Source: Magallana gigas
Taxonomy: Eukaryota
DNA: 64,000 nt
Assembly: GCF_963853765.1 (NCBI RefSeq)
Contig: NC_088856.1
Span: 6,262,001 to 6,326,000, forward strand
Reading direction: 5' to 3'
Shown piece by piece: positions 14,901 through 27,000 of this stretch; the first letter of the stretch is position 1, and each line of letters begins with the position of its first letter. A model generated the notes under the pieces. The model was not told the DNA's origin. It was given only the letters and a program-made list of their open reading frames with translations, and made no database searches. The translations under genes were made by a program, and so were the position numbers.

Positions 14901-15189
14901 GTCGACCCATACAAAAGTGTTAAATTCGACCCCTTTTTAATACAAGAAAACACGAGACAATACATAGCTGACATGACAAAAAAGGCAATATTTGAAACGT
15001 AAAAATTGAATAGGCTGGTTTTGAATATCGATCTTAAAAAACTCCGAAATTCGGGTCGTGCAAAAAACAATACCGGCAGACACCCATTCAAAACAAATAA
15101 TAAATTTTATTTGATAGAGCTTCAATTCAACGCGTTGATTAGATGCATATCGGCGGACCCCTAGCTAGAGAACCCGCTGGTCACTGCCA

Positions 15190-15315
15190 AATTCTGTTCC
15201 CCGGCGGTTGTCAAAAATCTACAGTTACGACGAAGCTTCTCAAGTATCCAGACCCGTGCTACGGATCCGGGTGAGGCGCGCGTTTGAGGGAGTAGACGAG
15301 TATTGATTGCAGGCG
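15190..15315 (+). promoter_or_regulatory. CpG-rich block ending in a splice donor; possible non-coding first exon/promoter of the downstream gene
   Basis: Local rise in GC/CpG content; GCG|GTAAGA donor at 15316. The link to the 20197 acceptor is inference only. Confidence 0.25.
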
Positions 15316-18310
15316 GTAAGAAACGCTACTGATAGGAAAAACTTGGCGGGTTTAAAAACCCGGCGACTGGTAAACCGACCACAGAGATATTGACCAGAAA
15401 ACCATGCAGGGATTGTGTAAACAAGTTAGCTAATTTTTTAACATGGATTATGCGAATTAGATTTTCTGCATGGATGTCTACAGCGTTCATCGAAACTACA
15501 GGTATATTCACTTAGCGAGAAAGATTTCGTTCTCACCTCGTGTGAAAACTTCGAGTTGCTTTGTAACAAGTACCCAAATACAGTAATTCTAAAAGCTGGG
15601 GATGGTTCTTGTAAATTTACAGAATAGTTCTTGAATAGATATATCGATATTCTCCGTATAGAATTTCACTATAGAAAGTAAATTATTGATTTGATATTTC
15701 ACTGCCCCTATTTTTGTCAGACATAATTTATATATATATGAACACACAAACTTAGTTGGTCTTTAATTGCAAAGGTTGAATGATGTCAACTGACTAAAGC
15801 TTTGGTATACCTATTTTGAAGGTAACGCTTTATGATTTAATATGAGATCTTTTGGTATTATGTATGTTCGCTTATTCATTCTCTACAATGGGATAATTAT
15901 GTCTTTGGTCAAATCATACTTTGTTTTAAATGTAAGAAACGATATGAGCTGTGTCAGTGATAGCTATCTACACGTCCCGTGGAGTGACTTCTATTGTGTC
16001 CCCCACAACCTGACAAAGTCGTCGCGAGTCCCCGCGGTGTAATAGTTCCAATTATCACACTCTTTCTTCTTTTTGGTGAATAAGATTTCACGATTTTTTT
16101 CCAATATGAGCGTCTATAATGTTAAATGGTGTGGAGAATGTGGATTTAAATTGATTGAATGTTGATTGTACATAGGAATGACGCAAAATTTATGGGCCTT
16201 ATAATAAATAAAATCCTAATTGCATTAGATGTTCTTGTCAATGATTTAGAAGTACCGCTCAAGACTTTGTCTGGGTAACCCAAAAAATACTTGCCTGAAC
16301 GCAGTTAAACCAACTGCTTTAGCCGATGTTATATCCTTCTGTTTTCTAACTACATGTTCGTAACACTTCTGAAAGTGTGTTGAAATATACATGAACCGTC
16401 TTAGAAGTCATTAATGCATAGACCCACCAGTAAATGGGTGGATGGTTAATGCAATGTAGTACGGTATTCTTTGTTGACCTCTTCCTGTGACGTCTTGCAT
16501 TTGTCCAGTTCGTCCAAGTTCTGTCTACAAGTTCGTAATTTAACGCAGTAATTGGAATACTAAGTAGATGTGATTTACTCTTCTGCACTGGAATACGGCC
16601 GGAGAATTAACGGTTCCCGGGACTTGGTTCATTGTTACAGTCATAATGGTTTGTAATTTGTAGCATTTGTAATATTGTAGCATCTTTTTTCAGAGAGACA
16701 TTTTCCGATGATAGAATCTTTCTATGTTATAATAATACATTTGGCATACCCATTCTACTCGATTCTTCTTTAAAATATATGATTACACATGTATTATGAT
16801 AAAATATCTGTAACTAGAAAGCTTATATTAGATTGTTTCCAAACAAATAATACTCAGTAGTCACTGATAGGCTAGTTCTCCATATGAAAGGAAAAATACG
16901 ACTAGCATGTTTTGCGATGTATAATTGTTTGATATCGATAGTAATAAATTGGATTGCAGTACTAATATTTTTCATTACTTATATTTGTACAATATAGAAT
17001 TGTCGTGCATGTACAAGCCTCCATCTCCTAAATCTAATTGTAAGGACTTGTTTATAACCGTTTTGTATCTTATGACACAATGAAATGTGTTCAAACCAAA
17101 CCATAACAGTTTCTCGCGTTCTGAGTATGACGGTGGGTTTTCGACGATGGTTGTAGATTAAAATGATAATAACCATTTAAGTTCAAACTCAATTATACAT
17201 ATGGTTAAATAAAAAAAATATGATGAGTGCATTTTTTGAATGCAGTTAGCAAAAATTATGGTCCGTTTGTAGTTTTCAGAATACACGTAAAGTAATCGGT
17301 TGACTGAATATAGGGAAAGCAGAATTTTTTTCCCGTTCTGTTTAAAGTCTACTGATCAAAAAAGAAAATCCTATTTCATAGTCTCCTGTTATTTAATTTT
17401 TACAGTGTTGAATTGGGGAAAAAATTGATTTTTTTATCGGTTTGTTTCTTTTCCCAGCTTTTTGCTAGGTTTAGCATTTTTTAGGTTTAACTTTTTAATC
17501 TATGAATTCATTATATTTAAATGTGTTTTGCATTAAAATCCTTAATTTCAATATTCTTAATCACAATATATATGAAGTTGTACAATACCGGTAACTGGAA
17601 TGTGCAATATTACATTTTCAGTCAACAACGTTCCTAACTTCTACGGACGAAGTTTCATTTATACTTTATTTTATCAAATAAAATATTTATAGGCATTTTG
17701 TTTTTATTTGATAAGATAAGGTAAATTTGGAAGGACAGTAATCAGTTTTGAGGATTAAGACTTTAGAAGATATAAGGTTAATGATAATGAATATTAATGC
17801 TGGTATAACTATATGTGGAAGTTAATTGGTAAAGTCATGTGGACACGATATTATGTTAAGTAAGACCTTCTAAACTAAAAGATCGCTGTCAAAAGTTAAA
17901 TAAATGTAACCTAACTAAAAGCTAGAAAATATACATTTAAATTTATTATTTAGGTGGGTCTGATGTATAGATTGTTGATTTCACAGCTTCATTGAACTTG
18001 GTTTTAAATGGCAACATTACACAATCATGGATTTTGACAAACGTATCAAAGTGCAAAACTCAGGTTTGTCAACACACCGAGACGTCTTTGTTTAACAATT
18101 TTCGAGTTTCAAACTTGTCATTTCACAATGGAAACACTGCATAAAGTCAAATGAACGAACAGTTCCCTTCCTTACTTCTTTCATTCTCGTGTTATTGACA
18201 GAGCAATTTGTCTCTGCGGAAATACCGTCCATACTTCTATAACATCCGCCGGGCTTTAGAAAGGCCCTATCACGGGTTATCGCCAGCATTACGTAGTTCC
18301 ACAGAACTCT

Positions 18311-18980
18311 ATGATGAAACATGTTTTCTAACCTTCTGCTTGTTGTTGTGTTTTTCTTCCTCTGGAGATTTGGCACCACTGGATATTGGTAAGCATTCAC
18401 GTAAAAAAAAACCCCCAAAACCCATAACTAGGGTTTTCAATGTTTAAAAGCTAAAGTGTGATCTAAATTACTTATTGTTAATTCATGTTAATAGTTCAAT
18501 TAAATTATTCATAGGGAAAACTACAATAACTGTCCTCAGTATGTGAATCCTAGACAATTATATATTTTTTTCAATTACAAAACTTACAAAACAGAATATG
18601 CTCACTGTTGTCAGACACCAGACTGGGTTATAGTGTGGATAAGAGACAGCATTTAAGATTGCGAAGAAATATGAATAATTAACTTGGTTTCGATTAAATT
18701 GCTGAAAGTATTTGTATTGTAAATCCGTAGTTCTCTTTTAGTTTATGATTAATTCACAGAAACCTGTGTTATCTACACCAAAGATCGTCCGGAATCAACT
18801 GCTCAATGTAACCCAAAGCTTCCTTTGACGTTGGACATTGATTATAGCAGTTGTCCCGATCATTATTGTCGTGGTCATGTTTGCCAAAAAAAACCAAAAA
18901 CCCCAAAAACCCATGGACATTTGTCATCAAGATATTTAGTCGGACCATTTAAGTATATGTATTTCATTTTTCTACTTTAA
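18311..18980 (+). pseudogene. Candidate two-exon gene for a small secreted Cys-rich peptide, start codon out of frame by 1 nt
   Basis: Exon A (to 18388) encodes signal-peptide-like CFLTFCLLLCFSSSGDLAPLDI and ends in a phase-1 donor (G|GTAAGC). Exon B starts at 18760 after TTAATTCACAG in the matching phase and reads ETCVIYTKDRPESTAQCNPKLPLTLDIDYSSCPDHYCRGHVCQKK. ATGATG at 18311 is 1 nt off frame. Confidence 0.3.
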
Positions 18981-19589
18981 TCTAAATAAAAATATTCAGT
19001 ATTTTCTGAAAAATATTGGAACTGTCATTGAAAATGTAAAGATTGCTTTGCTTGCTATGTCAAAACGGTCCCGGATAAGTTTTTCAATAATTCAAGCTTT
19101 TATTTTCTCATTGATTGAACAATCTCTGTGATGAGAAAACCTTTTCTTAGCTATTAAACATAATCACCTCTGCAGATCTGTAAATTACAAATTAAAGAGC
19201 CATGTTTGTCGAGTTTCACTTTAATATACTACTTGAAAGACCGGAGAGTTACAGAAATAGGAAATGGTACACGTGTATACGTATTAACTAATAAAAACAC
19301 TGTCTAGACGAGATGGTCAGTGAGTGCAGGTGCAAGGTCACGTGATCACGACACAGCTCTTTCACAGCACCTCGGGTAGCCGGCTAGGCTGGACAATACA
19401 CTTGTTTGTGTTTTATCGATACTGAGATCGATATTTTGTCTCCCTACATCAGCACTGACCGTGTGATCGACGAATTGAACTCTTTTTTACCTCTCTCTGT
19501 TCATCTTGATGAAAGAACAAATCTATAATTATAAGAAATATTCTATGTTACATCGCTGTATTTAGATCTCGCGAACACGCTCTGTCTCT

Positions 19590-19592
<3 letters not shown>

Positions 19593-19661
<69 letters not shown>
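19593..19661. repeat. (AG)n microsatellite
   Basis: About 34 units visible. Confidence 0.97.
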
Positions 19662-19665
<4 letters not shown>

Positions 19666-20248
19666 TCATTAATAAAAATAACGATTTTCTAATCAATTTT
19701 TATTGATTATATTAACACGATTTAAAGATTTCATTCATGTTTTTACTTCTGCGTTTGATGTTTGAAATTAAAACATAAAACATTACTCCTTGTCGAACGA
19801 AACAACTGATAATTACAAGGTTAAAAACGTAATGAAAAAATTGAGTACGCATAGAATTGGAATTACTCTCTGGATCAAAGTATACTTCCATAGATTTACA
19901 TTCGTCTTGAAACCTTCTTGTGATGTTAGAAGAGAGAAGGCTCACTCAGGGTATTGAATTTTTGCCGAACAACAGACCGTCTGGGCTGTTGACTTGGAAA
20001 GTATTTCAAATACAGGAAGATTGCATATTTAAACACACTACCGTTTTAAGTTTTAATTTCATTTTCAGTGTAAACAGATGTGACTTTGAATGATAAGACT
20101 ACTTCTTGTTACTATGGCTTGTAGAAGAGAACTTGTCAGAAAAGAGGAAACGCGGGATTGGGATTAAAGATTGTTTCTTGTCTTTGTATCTTACAGAATG
20201 ATTGCTGATCCAATGCAGTGAGTGAATCCGTTTAAGCAGGACTTAGGG

Positions 20249-21037
20249 ATGGGTACAGGGTTCAGTGTAGTATGCTCGAGCAAAAGATCGGTCATCATCT
20301 CTAACAGTATCCAGGCAGTCAGAAAGGACCCGGATGTGGAAGCGGACGACACGCCTGTCAGAATCCCGAGTAAACTTCATGCTTGCGAGTCACGTGACTC
20401 CGGTATAGTCGAAAACGAGATTCCTCATTATCTAAGCTTTAGTCGCCCGGATGTGAACATAGAGGACGAAATATTTGAAGACGACGTTCAAAATGACAGC
20501 GACAATTCCGACGATACGGTGTATAGACTGGAACAGTTAGAAAACAAACCATCGCGTCCCCATTCCTGTCGCTTAGGAAACCGGGGTAACACAGCCAAGA
20601 ACAGGAAAAACAAGGACTCTCTTGTACAGGAGGAGAAATTAGTCAGAATATTACGCCAATCCAAATCCTCGAACCAAGACAGACTGACCGATGATGAGCA
20701 GGATGATCTTGACAGAGAGGACAGTTTCTACCAAGGATTTCGAGTAGAATCGGCGCGTAGAGGAAATAAGCGCAAAAGTGCCAAAAGTTATAAAAGTGAC
20801 GGAAAAAGGTCCTCGAGGACAATTACCGATCTGAACAGCTCTTCTGACAATGACGATGTAAGTGACTCCGAAGTCTGGACAATTCCAGACGAGACCGACA
20901 CACTTTCTCCCGGAAGTAAAGGACAAGGGAACCGGAAAGGATGGGTAATGGAAGAAGGCGCCACCACTCGGGAGTCATCAGGTTCGACAACTCCAACCTC
21001 TACCAGATCGGGACAAACGATAGACTATTACAAAATT
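20249..21037 (+). CDS. Exon 1 coding part: MGTGFSVVC start, then acidic/Ser-rich low-complexity region
   Basis: Acceptor TTACAG at 20196. First in-frame ATG after the TGA at 20219 is at 20249. Phase-0 donors ATT|GTAAGT (21038) and CGG|GTGAGT (21209). Confidence 0.8.
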
Positions 21038-24000
21038 GTAAGTGAGAGCTACGAAAGATATGATGCCAATCTGGCCAAGAAAGCAAGCGAGCGGTCCATA
21101 TCGAGCATCCTACTAATGCCAGTTGACGGGTTTCACACCCCTACTAACTCAGTGGAATTACTTGATACTTCGTTTAATAGCTTTCCATTACCATACCACT
21201 TGCAGCGGGTGAGTGCACCACACATTAACAATCCGTATACAATGCTCCTCACCGTACGGTTTTCTCTTTATATATTCAATAGTAACATCCGGTTTTTTTG
21301 TAATGCATTTTGATAAAGCCAAAACTTACAAGGCTTATTTTTCTGTTTAGTAACGAAAACTTATTAGAATAGTCAAGCTTACTATTCGTGTAACATATGA
21401 TAAAGATACATGTAGGACTCGTTCCATTCGATATTCGGAGGGTTATTCACAGCACCACAGTGATTCTTTAATCAGTAAATTTAATTTGTTTTTCTTGCAA
21501 ACGTGTGAAGTCATTGTCAGTGAAATATTTTCAAATATCAAAAAGGCTTCATTTTAATAACGTGAGGAGCATTGTACACATAGCTTGATTATAGCTTGAT
21601 TATAGCTTGATTATAGCACATTTTGGTTAATCAATATTTGTTTAATTCATTAACGTGTCTTATGTGACACACCGTTTACTTTTTTAAACAGTAAATCAAA
21701 ATCAGTATCTTTACCCATATTTATTCAGCAAAAGGTATACCTTGCATGTTATATGTTAATACTTATATTTTGCACTTTAGTTTTTACAATATAGGCTTTT
21801 CACCTCCATTTTTCCCCTACAACCAGTATTTTTTTTCGTATTTGTTACTGATATCAAAAATATACGTTGTGAACATTTATATTCATAAAAGAAAACGCAA
21901 CTTTTTAGAGAAAATGATTTCAAGTGTTACATTTATTTTCAAAGAAAAAAGGGGGAGACCATGGAAACATTTTCAAAACGTTTTCATTTTTATTATTATG
22001 TTGATTTTAATATTTATGATTAATATTCAAATTGTTATCATTTTCATTTTTATTTATTTAGAAAAATATTGCGGAAAAATTGAATTAATCTGAATTAAGG
22101 GATTTTATTATATTTCTGTAAAGACGAGCATATAATATTAAGTAAAAATCCCCGATTCAGTCTAATTGTGAGTCAAATTATATTACGCATTCGTAGAAAG
22201 CCGTTCATAAAGTGTTGTTTTTTTTCGTAAATCGACGGCTATAAATTAGCGTTTAAAATGTGTGTAGGCAGGAAAAATTGTTTAAATATTACAGGTTAAT
22301 TTAAAGTTTTACATGAAGGAAAAATTAAATTCGATAAAATAATGAATAGTCCATAACTTGTCTGACTCTAAAACTGTTTTATGAGCTAAGCGTCTGCATT
22401 TAAAAAAAAAATATCATCAATGCATTCCAAAACATAAAAATTACAACGAATGTCATAGTCAGCATATCTCTACTTTTAAAATATCAAAGAAATTTGCAAC
22501 CATATAATTTCAGAAATTCAATATTTCGGCTGACAGAAATTAATATTTGATATAAATCCATCAGGGGGTAGGGGATTCATTTAATCAAACTATGATTATT
22601 TAATAATTACATTTAAAAGTTTCCACGAAATGTAACGTCCGCCGTGAATTAAGAAAATATAAAACTATAATGTTCGCGATCTATTCCTTAGTCAACAGAA
22701 GAATTTGATTTAAAAAAAGAGAAAGATATATAGATATGACAAACATGGAATGCTGCATGCTGGGTTCAACAGTTGTAAGTCGATCTCTTATATCTTATAT
22801 ATCAAATAGTTCTCTTTAAGACACTTAATGCACATATTTATTTATTGCAATTTGATTTAAAAGCCTGCGCTTTTTTTACGGATAGATGTGTAAGTTGCCT
22901 GGTTTTATTGGGGGTGATGGGTGACGCTTGGCGAAGCTTGATTGTGTGTTGTGTTTATGATTTAACGGATTACGTAAAAGTTTTCTCAACTTGAAGATTT
23001 TTATTTCTTAAATTTATGGTCATTTTAATGATTCCTTTACATCTCTAGCGAGAAGTGAATAGAGTTTTAAATACGCTTTAAATGTTTGTTTTGGGATATT
23101 ATGTAATATCTCACAATTTTTTTCTTCAGACGATTCAAATTCCGTGTCCTTCACAAGACTACAAAAACTATTTTCAACCTTCGAAATTTTTTTTTTAATT
23201 TGAACTGTCCTTTTACTTTGGATATCAACACATGTACACCACTACACATGTGAATAAGACAAGAATATATTTAAATTTTTATAAATCCTTTTGAGTTTTA
23301 AAAAATATTACATGCATTATCGTAACAAATACATGTATTTAGAAGTGATTAAGTGATAGCTACAAGAATGCGATTTTCATTTGTAGCGAGAATGGATTTA
23401 TCTTCGTAATAATATAAAGGACGTAGCAGTGCTTCCCATTTTAGTTTTTTCTCTCTCGTTATTTTCTGAGTTCATCCAGGCATAAGGTCCAGTAATCAGA
23501 CTCTTCTTTTGATATAAACACATTAGTTTACTTCATTTCCTCTGATTAATTCTTCATGTAAGCCGTCAGTGGGGATATAACTCAGTAGGTCATCCCTATC
23601 CCTACTTTACGAGTAGTACCGGTGAATTATATATTAGCTATGCAATACATCTAATTCTTTTGGATCGAGAAGATACCTTGATGAGGAATTTGTCAGATCT
23701 TCTTATACAAAGCCAGTTTTTTTTTATGTGTTTCTTATTAAATGTACCTATAAATGTAAAGTACCTAATGGAGCGCAAATTAAATACCTACATGTATAAG
23801 AAGTCAAACTTAAATTCTCTCACTAACTGTAGAATTATATCATTTATCCAGGAAACTTTGATTCTGATGAAAAGAGAAATAGTCTTAATATACATGTAAA
23901 AATTAACTTGATTCCTATAAGAGAAATAGGATGAACTTTGAAACAGGAAAAAAGTCAATCAAAGGAAGACACATACGGTCCTAAAAGTGTCGCCTCACGT

Positions 24001-27000
24001 GGTTTCGTTATTTGATTTTATTTTTAATTTTCTTTAAATAATTTGTATTTTATCATTAAAAATTTGATTACTATGAATCTTTGATGATTAAGAATCTAAC
24101 ACTGCCAGAAATCTTTTGAAACCAAGAAGATGGAAATTGTTTAGCGCATTGATAGCCCAGGCCCTAATTTATTGACGGTGTTTCACCCCACGGCTTGTTG
24201 CACACACTGATTAAGGTCCATTGTCCACCTCAACGTTTAGGTAATATCAAATACAATTATTGATAAAATACACCAGATTAGGGTTTGTACGAACAACGTT
24301 TTTAAAGAGGACCGACTATCCTGAAAATCTCTCCACATTTCTAATATAAGATCAAAATTTATATAAAAAAAATCTCTCATAGGATGTTGGTTTTGAATAA
24401 TTCAGACACGGGGCGGTAAGTGCAGGGATGAGGAATTTCATTCGGTGTATTGGAAATCCTTTGGAGAATTACAGACTTTTGTCGCGCGAGCTATGTCGTT
24501 GGGTGCATGTGTAAAAAGTACCCGACTGAATCAAATAATTAATTTTGTAGGACGCAAGTCGATCTCTTTGATAAAGTACGAGTAAACGACTTGTAATTAG
24601 GACAGTCGTCTTTGAGAGCGGAAAAACAAAGGGAAAACGAAGAACTACACGCATTATATATTTATGTACAATATTGATATACATATAAAATATATTGAGC
24701 GATTTCTCGCAGTGTATCCAACCTATATGTACTTTCTCTGTCAACGTCCATTGGACAATCTGGCACGCTGTCCTTCAGACATTAACGTAATTCATTAGAC
24801 TGTTCACAGCAGCGAGCGATGACACTCTATGGTCTATTGTAATACACAGCGATTGTTAAATCACTTTAGACATAGCATTTCGATGTATTTTTAATTAGGA
24901 TCGATCAGAAAGGCACCGCGCGCAGCCATTGATGGTTGCTAGACTCAGAAAGGCAGAGAGCGAGAGACCAGTATTGTTTCACAGGTCGAACTCTAACATG
25001 TACATCTTTTCTCGTTGCCAGCGAATGGATGATCTGGTGACTGCGTTTCTAGACGCCCTACAAGAACGCCATTCTCAGGGTCGACTGACTCAGAACGAGT
25101 ACCAAAACGTCATGAGGAACCTTCGCTATCAGTTGGTCGAGTTTGTTTTTACCTGCATTACGAGTGACGTCACGCCGCGTTTGGAAGTTACGGTAAGTTG
25201 TTACGTCAGTTACGTAATCTGTAATTTTGTGTTACACATTTTTTCCTCTCACTGTTGAATTATATATCCAAATTATATTATGATTGAAATCATCATTTCA
25301 TAGATATGTCTCATATAGGGATTTTTTCAACTCCGTTTGTGTTACATGTACATTGTATGTTAAACTCGTTGCAAAATGTATCGTATATATTTATATATCA
25401 TGCTGTTGACTTTTATAATTACAGACAATTTGCTTAATTTGCAAGTCTTATAAAGAACGGATCTATCGAACTATATACTAATCCAGATCAAAATGGATTT
25501 AATATGGGATCCATGTAATAGAAAGAATAACTCCAAAGTGGCGTAATAGCTAATACGCGCGGAAAATTAAATAGAACATGGTGCTCAAATGATTAATTTT
25601 AGTGAAAAAGATAATCCTTTGATCGTCAGGGCCTAAGAAATGCCTCTAGGTTTATCGTGCCTTACATACAGTAAACTCCCAAGACATTCCGTGGAAGCAA
25701 ATCCTCTCCGGGGCTAATGCTTTTGCAGTTAATCTTTGACTTTCCAAATTTACAGCGGAGCTATGTAATAGAACACAGGCGGTCTTTGGAGACGTTATGT
25801 TTTAGGATCGAGTGATATTTTTTGCATCTTTTTTTCAGGCCGATCCCAACTCTGAAGCAGAGGCCGAGTGGAGTGTTCAAATCCAGCTTCGACCTTCCGA
25901 CGAACACGTGAGTTGCAATTTATGACGTAAGATTAAAGCAGCGCCACCTTAAATGAAACAGTGGAAATATCTGCCTCATTGCTTGCAATGGAATGTGTAT
26001 TCTGTGCTATTTCAGCTTTTTTATAACTTTTTTATATGTCGGTTAAACAAGTTTTAAAACATCATAAATAATATGTTGGTTAATTAGGTTAATTTGGCTT
26101 TGATCTTAACTTTGCACATCAAAGCACATACTTTCATGCAACTTTCGATACTTATTGACGAATATTTGCAAGTTTAAATGAATGTATTCTCATTACCAAT
26201 TACAAAAATGATTCTGTCCTTAAAAGTCTTTTTGATAAAAATAGTTCGTTTTTATAAAATTGGTGTTTTTTCTTTAAGATTTTGCAAACATCAGAAAAAC
26301 AGCTTGCCAGAAAACTAGCGGAGAAAGGGGACAGGATTACACGAGAGGATATCATATATCTCCTCGGGGACCATCTCAGAACCATTGAACAGCTACAGGT
26401 AATACTCTAGATTAATTACAGATCATATAAATATTGACTTGTGAGAATATATGGCTATGTTTAGCAAGAGTGCATGTGGTGCAGCTAGCGGGCATGCTTT
26501 TCCATTAAAAAGTTTGAACATAAAATAAAAATCATTAAATATGAATGGTTCAGCTTTGATAACTTATGTACGTTCATAAACCTGGAACGTTTCCCTAATT
26601 GCAGTTTTATAATGCATGTCTTATTATAGAATTTTTGCAATTGGTTGTTATTAATAATTTTTATAACTGTCATTTTTGTTTGCAGCACGTCCGCGACAAT
26701 GAGAGATGCCTAACTAACAAAACCGAGGAGAAAGGAAAAGTAAGAAACCGAAATATGTCAGCACCGGTAGTAAGAAAAGAAGCCACGGTAAACTCAAAGA
26801 GGAAGAAAACCCCCGCATCCGATTTTGGAAGACCGCAAAAACCAGATGCGGTCTCTACAGCGAGGAGGACAACCCCAGGGACGATATCAAAACCAGTGAA
26901 TGGAAAACCCCCGAAAAGTCCTCACAAAGAAAACCAGGCGGACTCCGACAGTGATGCTACGATAGGAAACCAATCGGATACAGACCTGAATTCTCCGGTT

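Noticed and set aside
14400-15130. Protein-like fragments on both strands
   Set aside because: Equally plausible on either strand with frequent stops; not distinguishable from AT-rich background by eye.
16470-16540. Minus-strand terminal-exon-like QNLDELDKCKTSQEEVNKEYRTTLH*
   Set aside because: No compatible upstream exon found; too short to support.
21038-21208. Exon 1 extension is 171 nt, the same length as the short form of exon 2
   Set aside because: No sequence similarity between them; coincidence.
23577-23610. GGGGATATAACTCAGTAGG resembles a tRNA-Ala 5-prime end
   Set aside because: No B box or 3-prime half follows.
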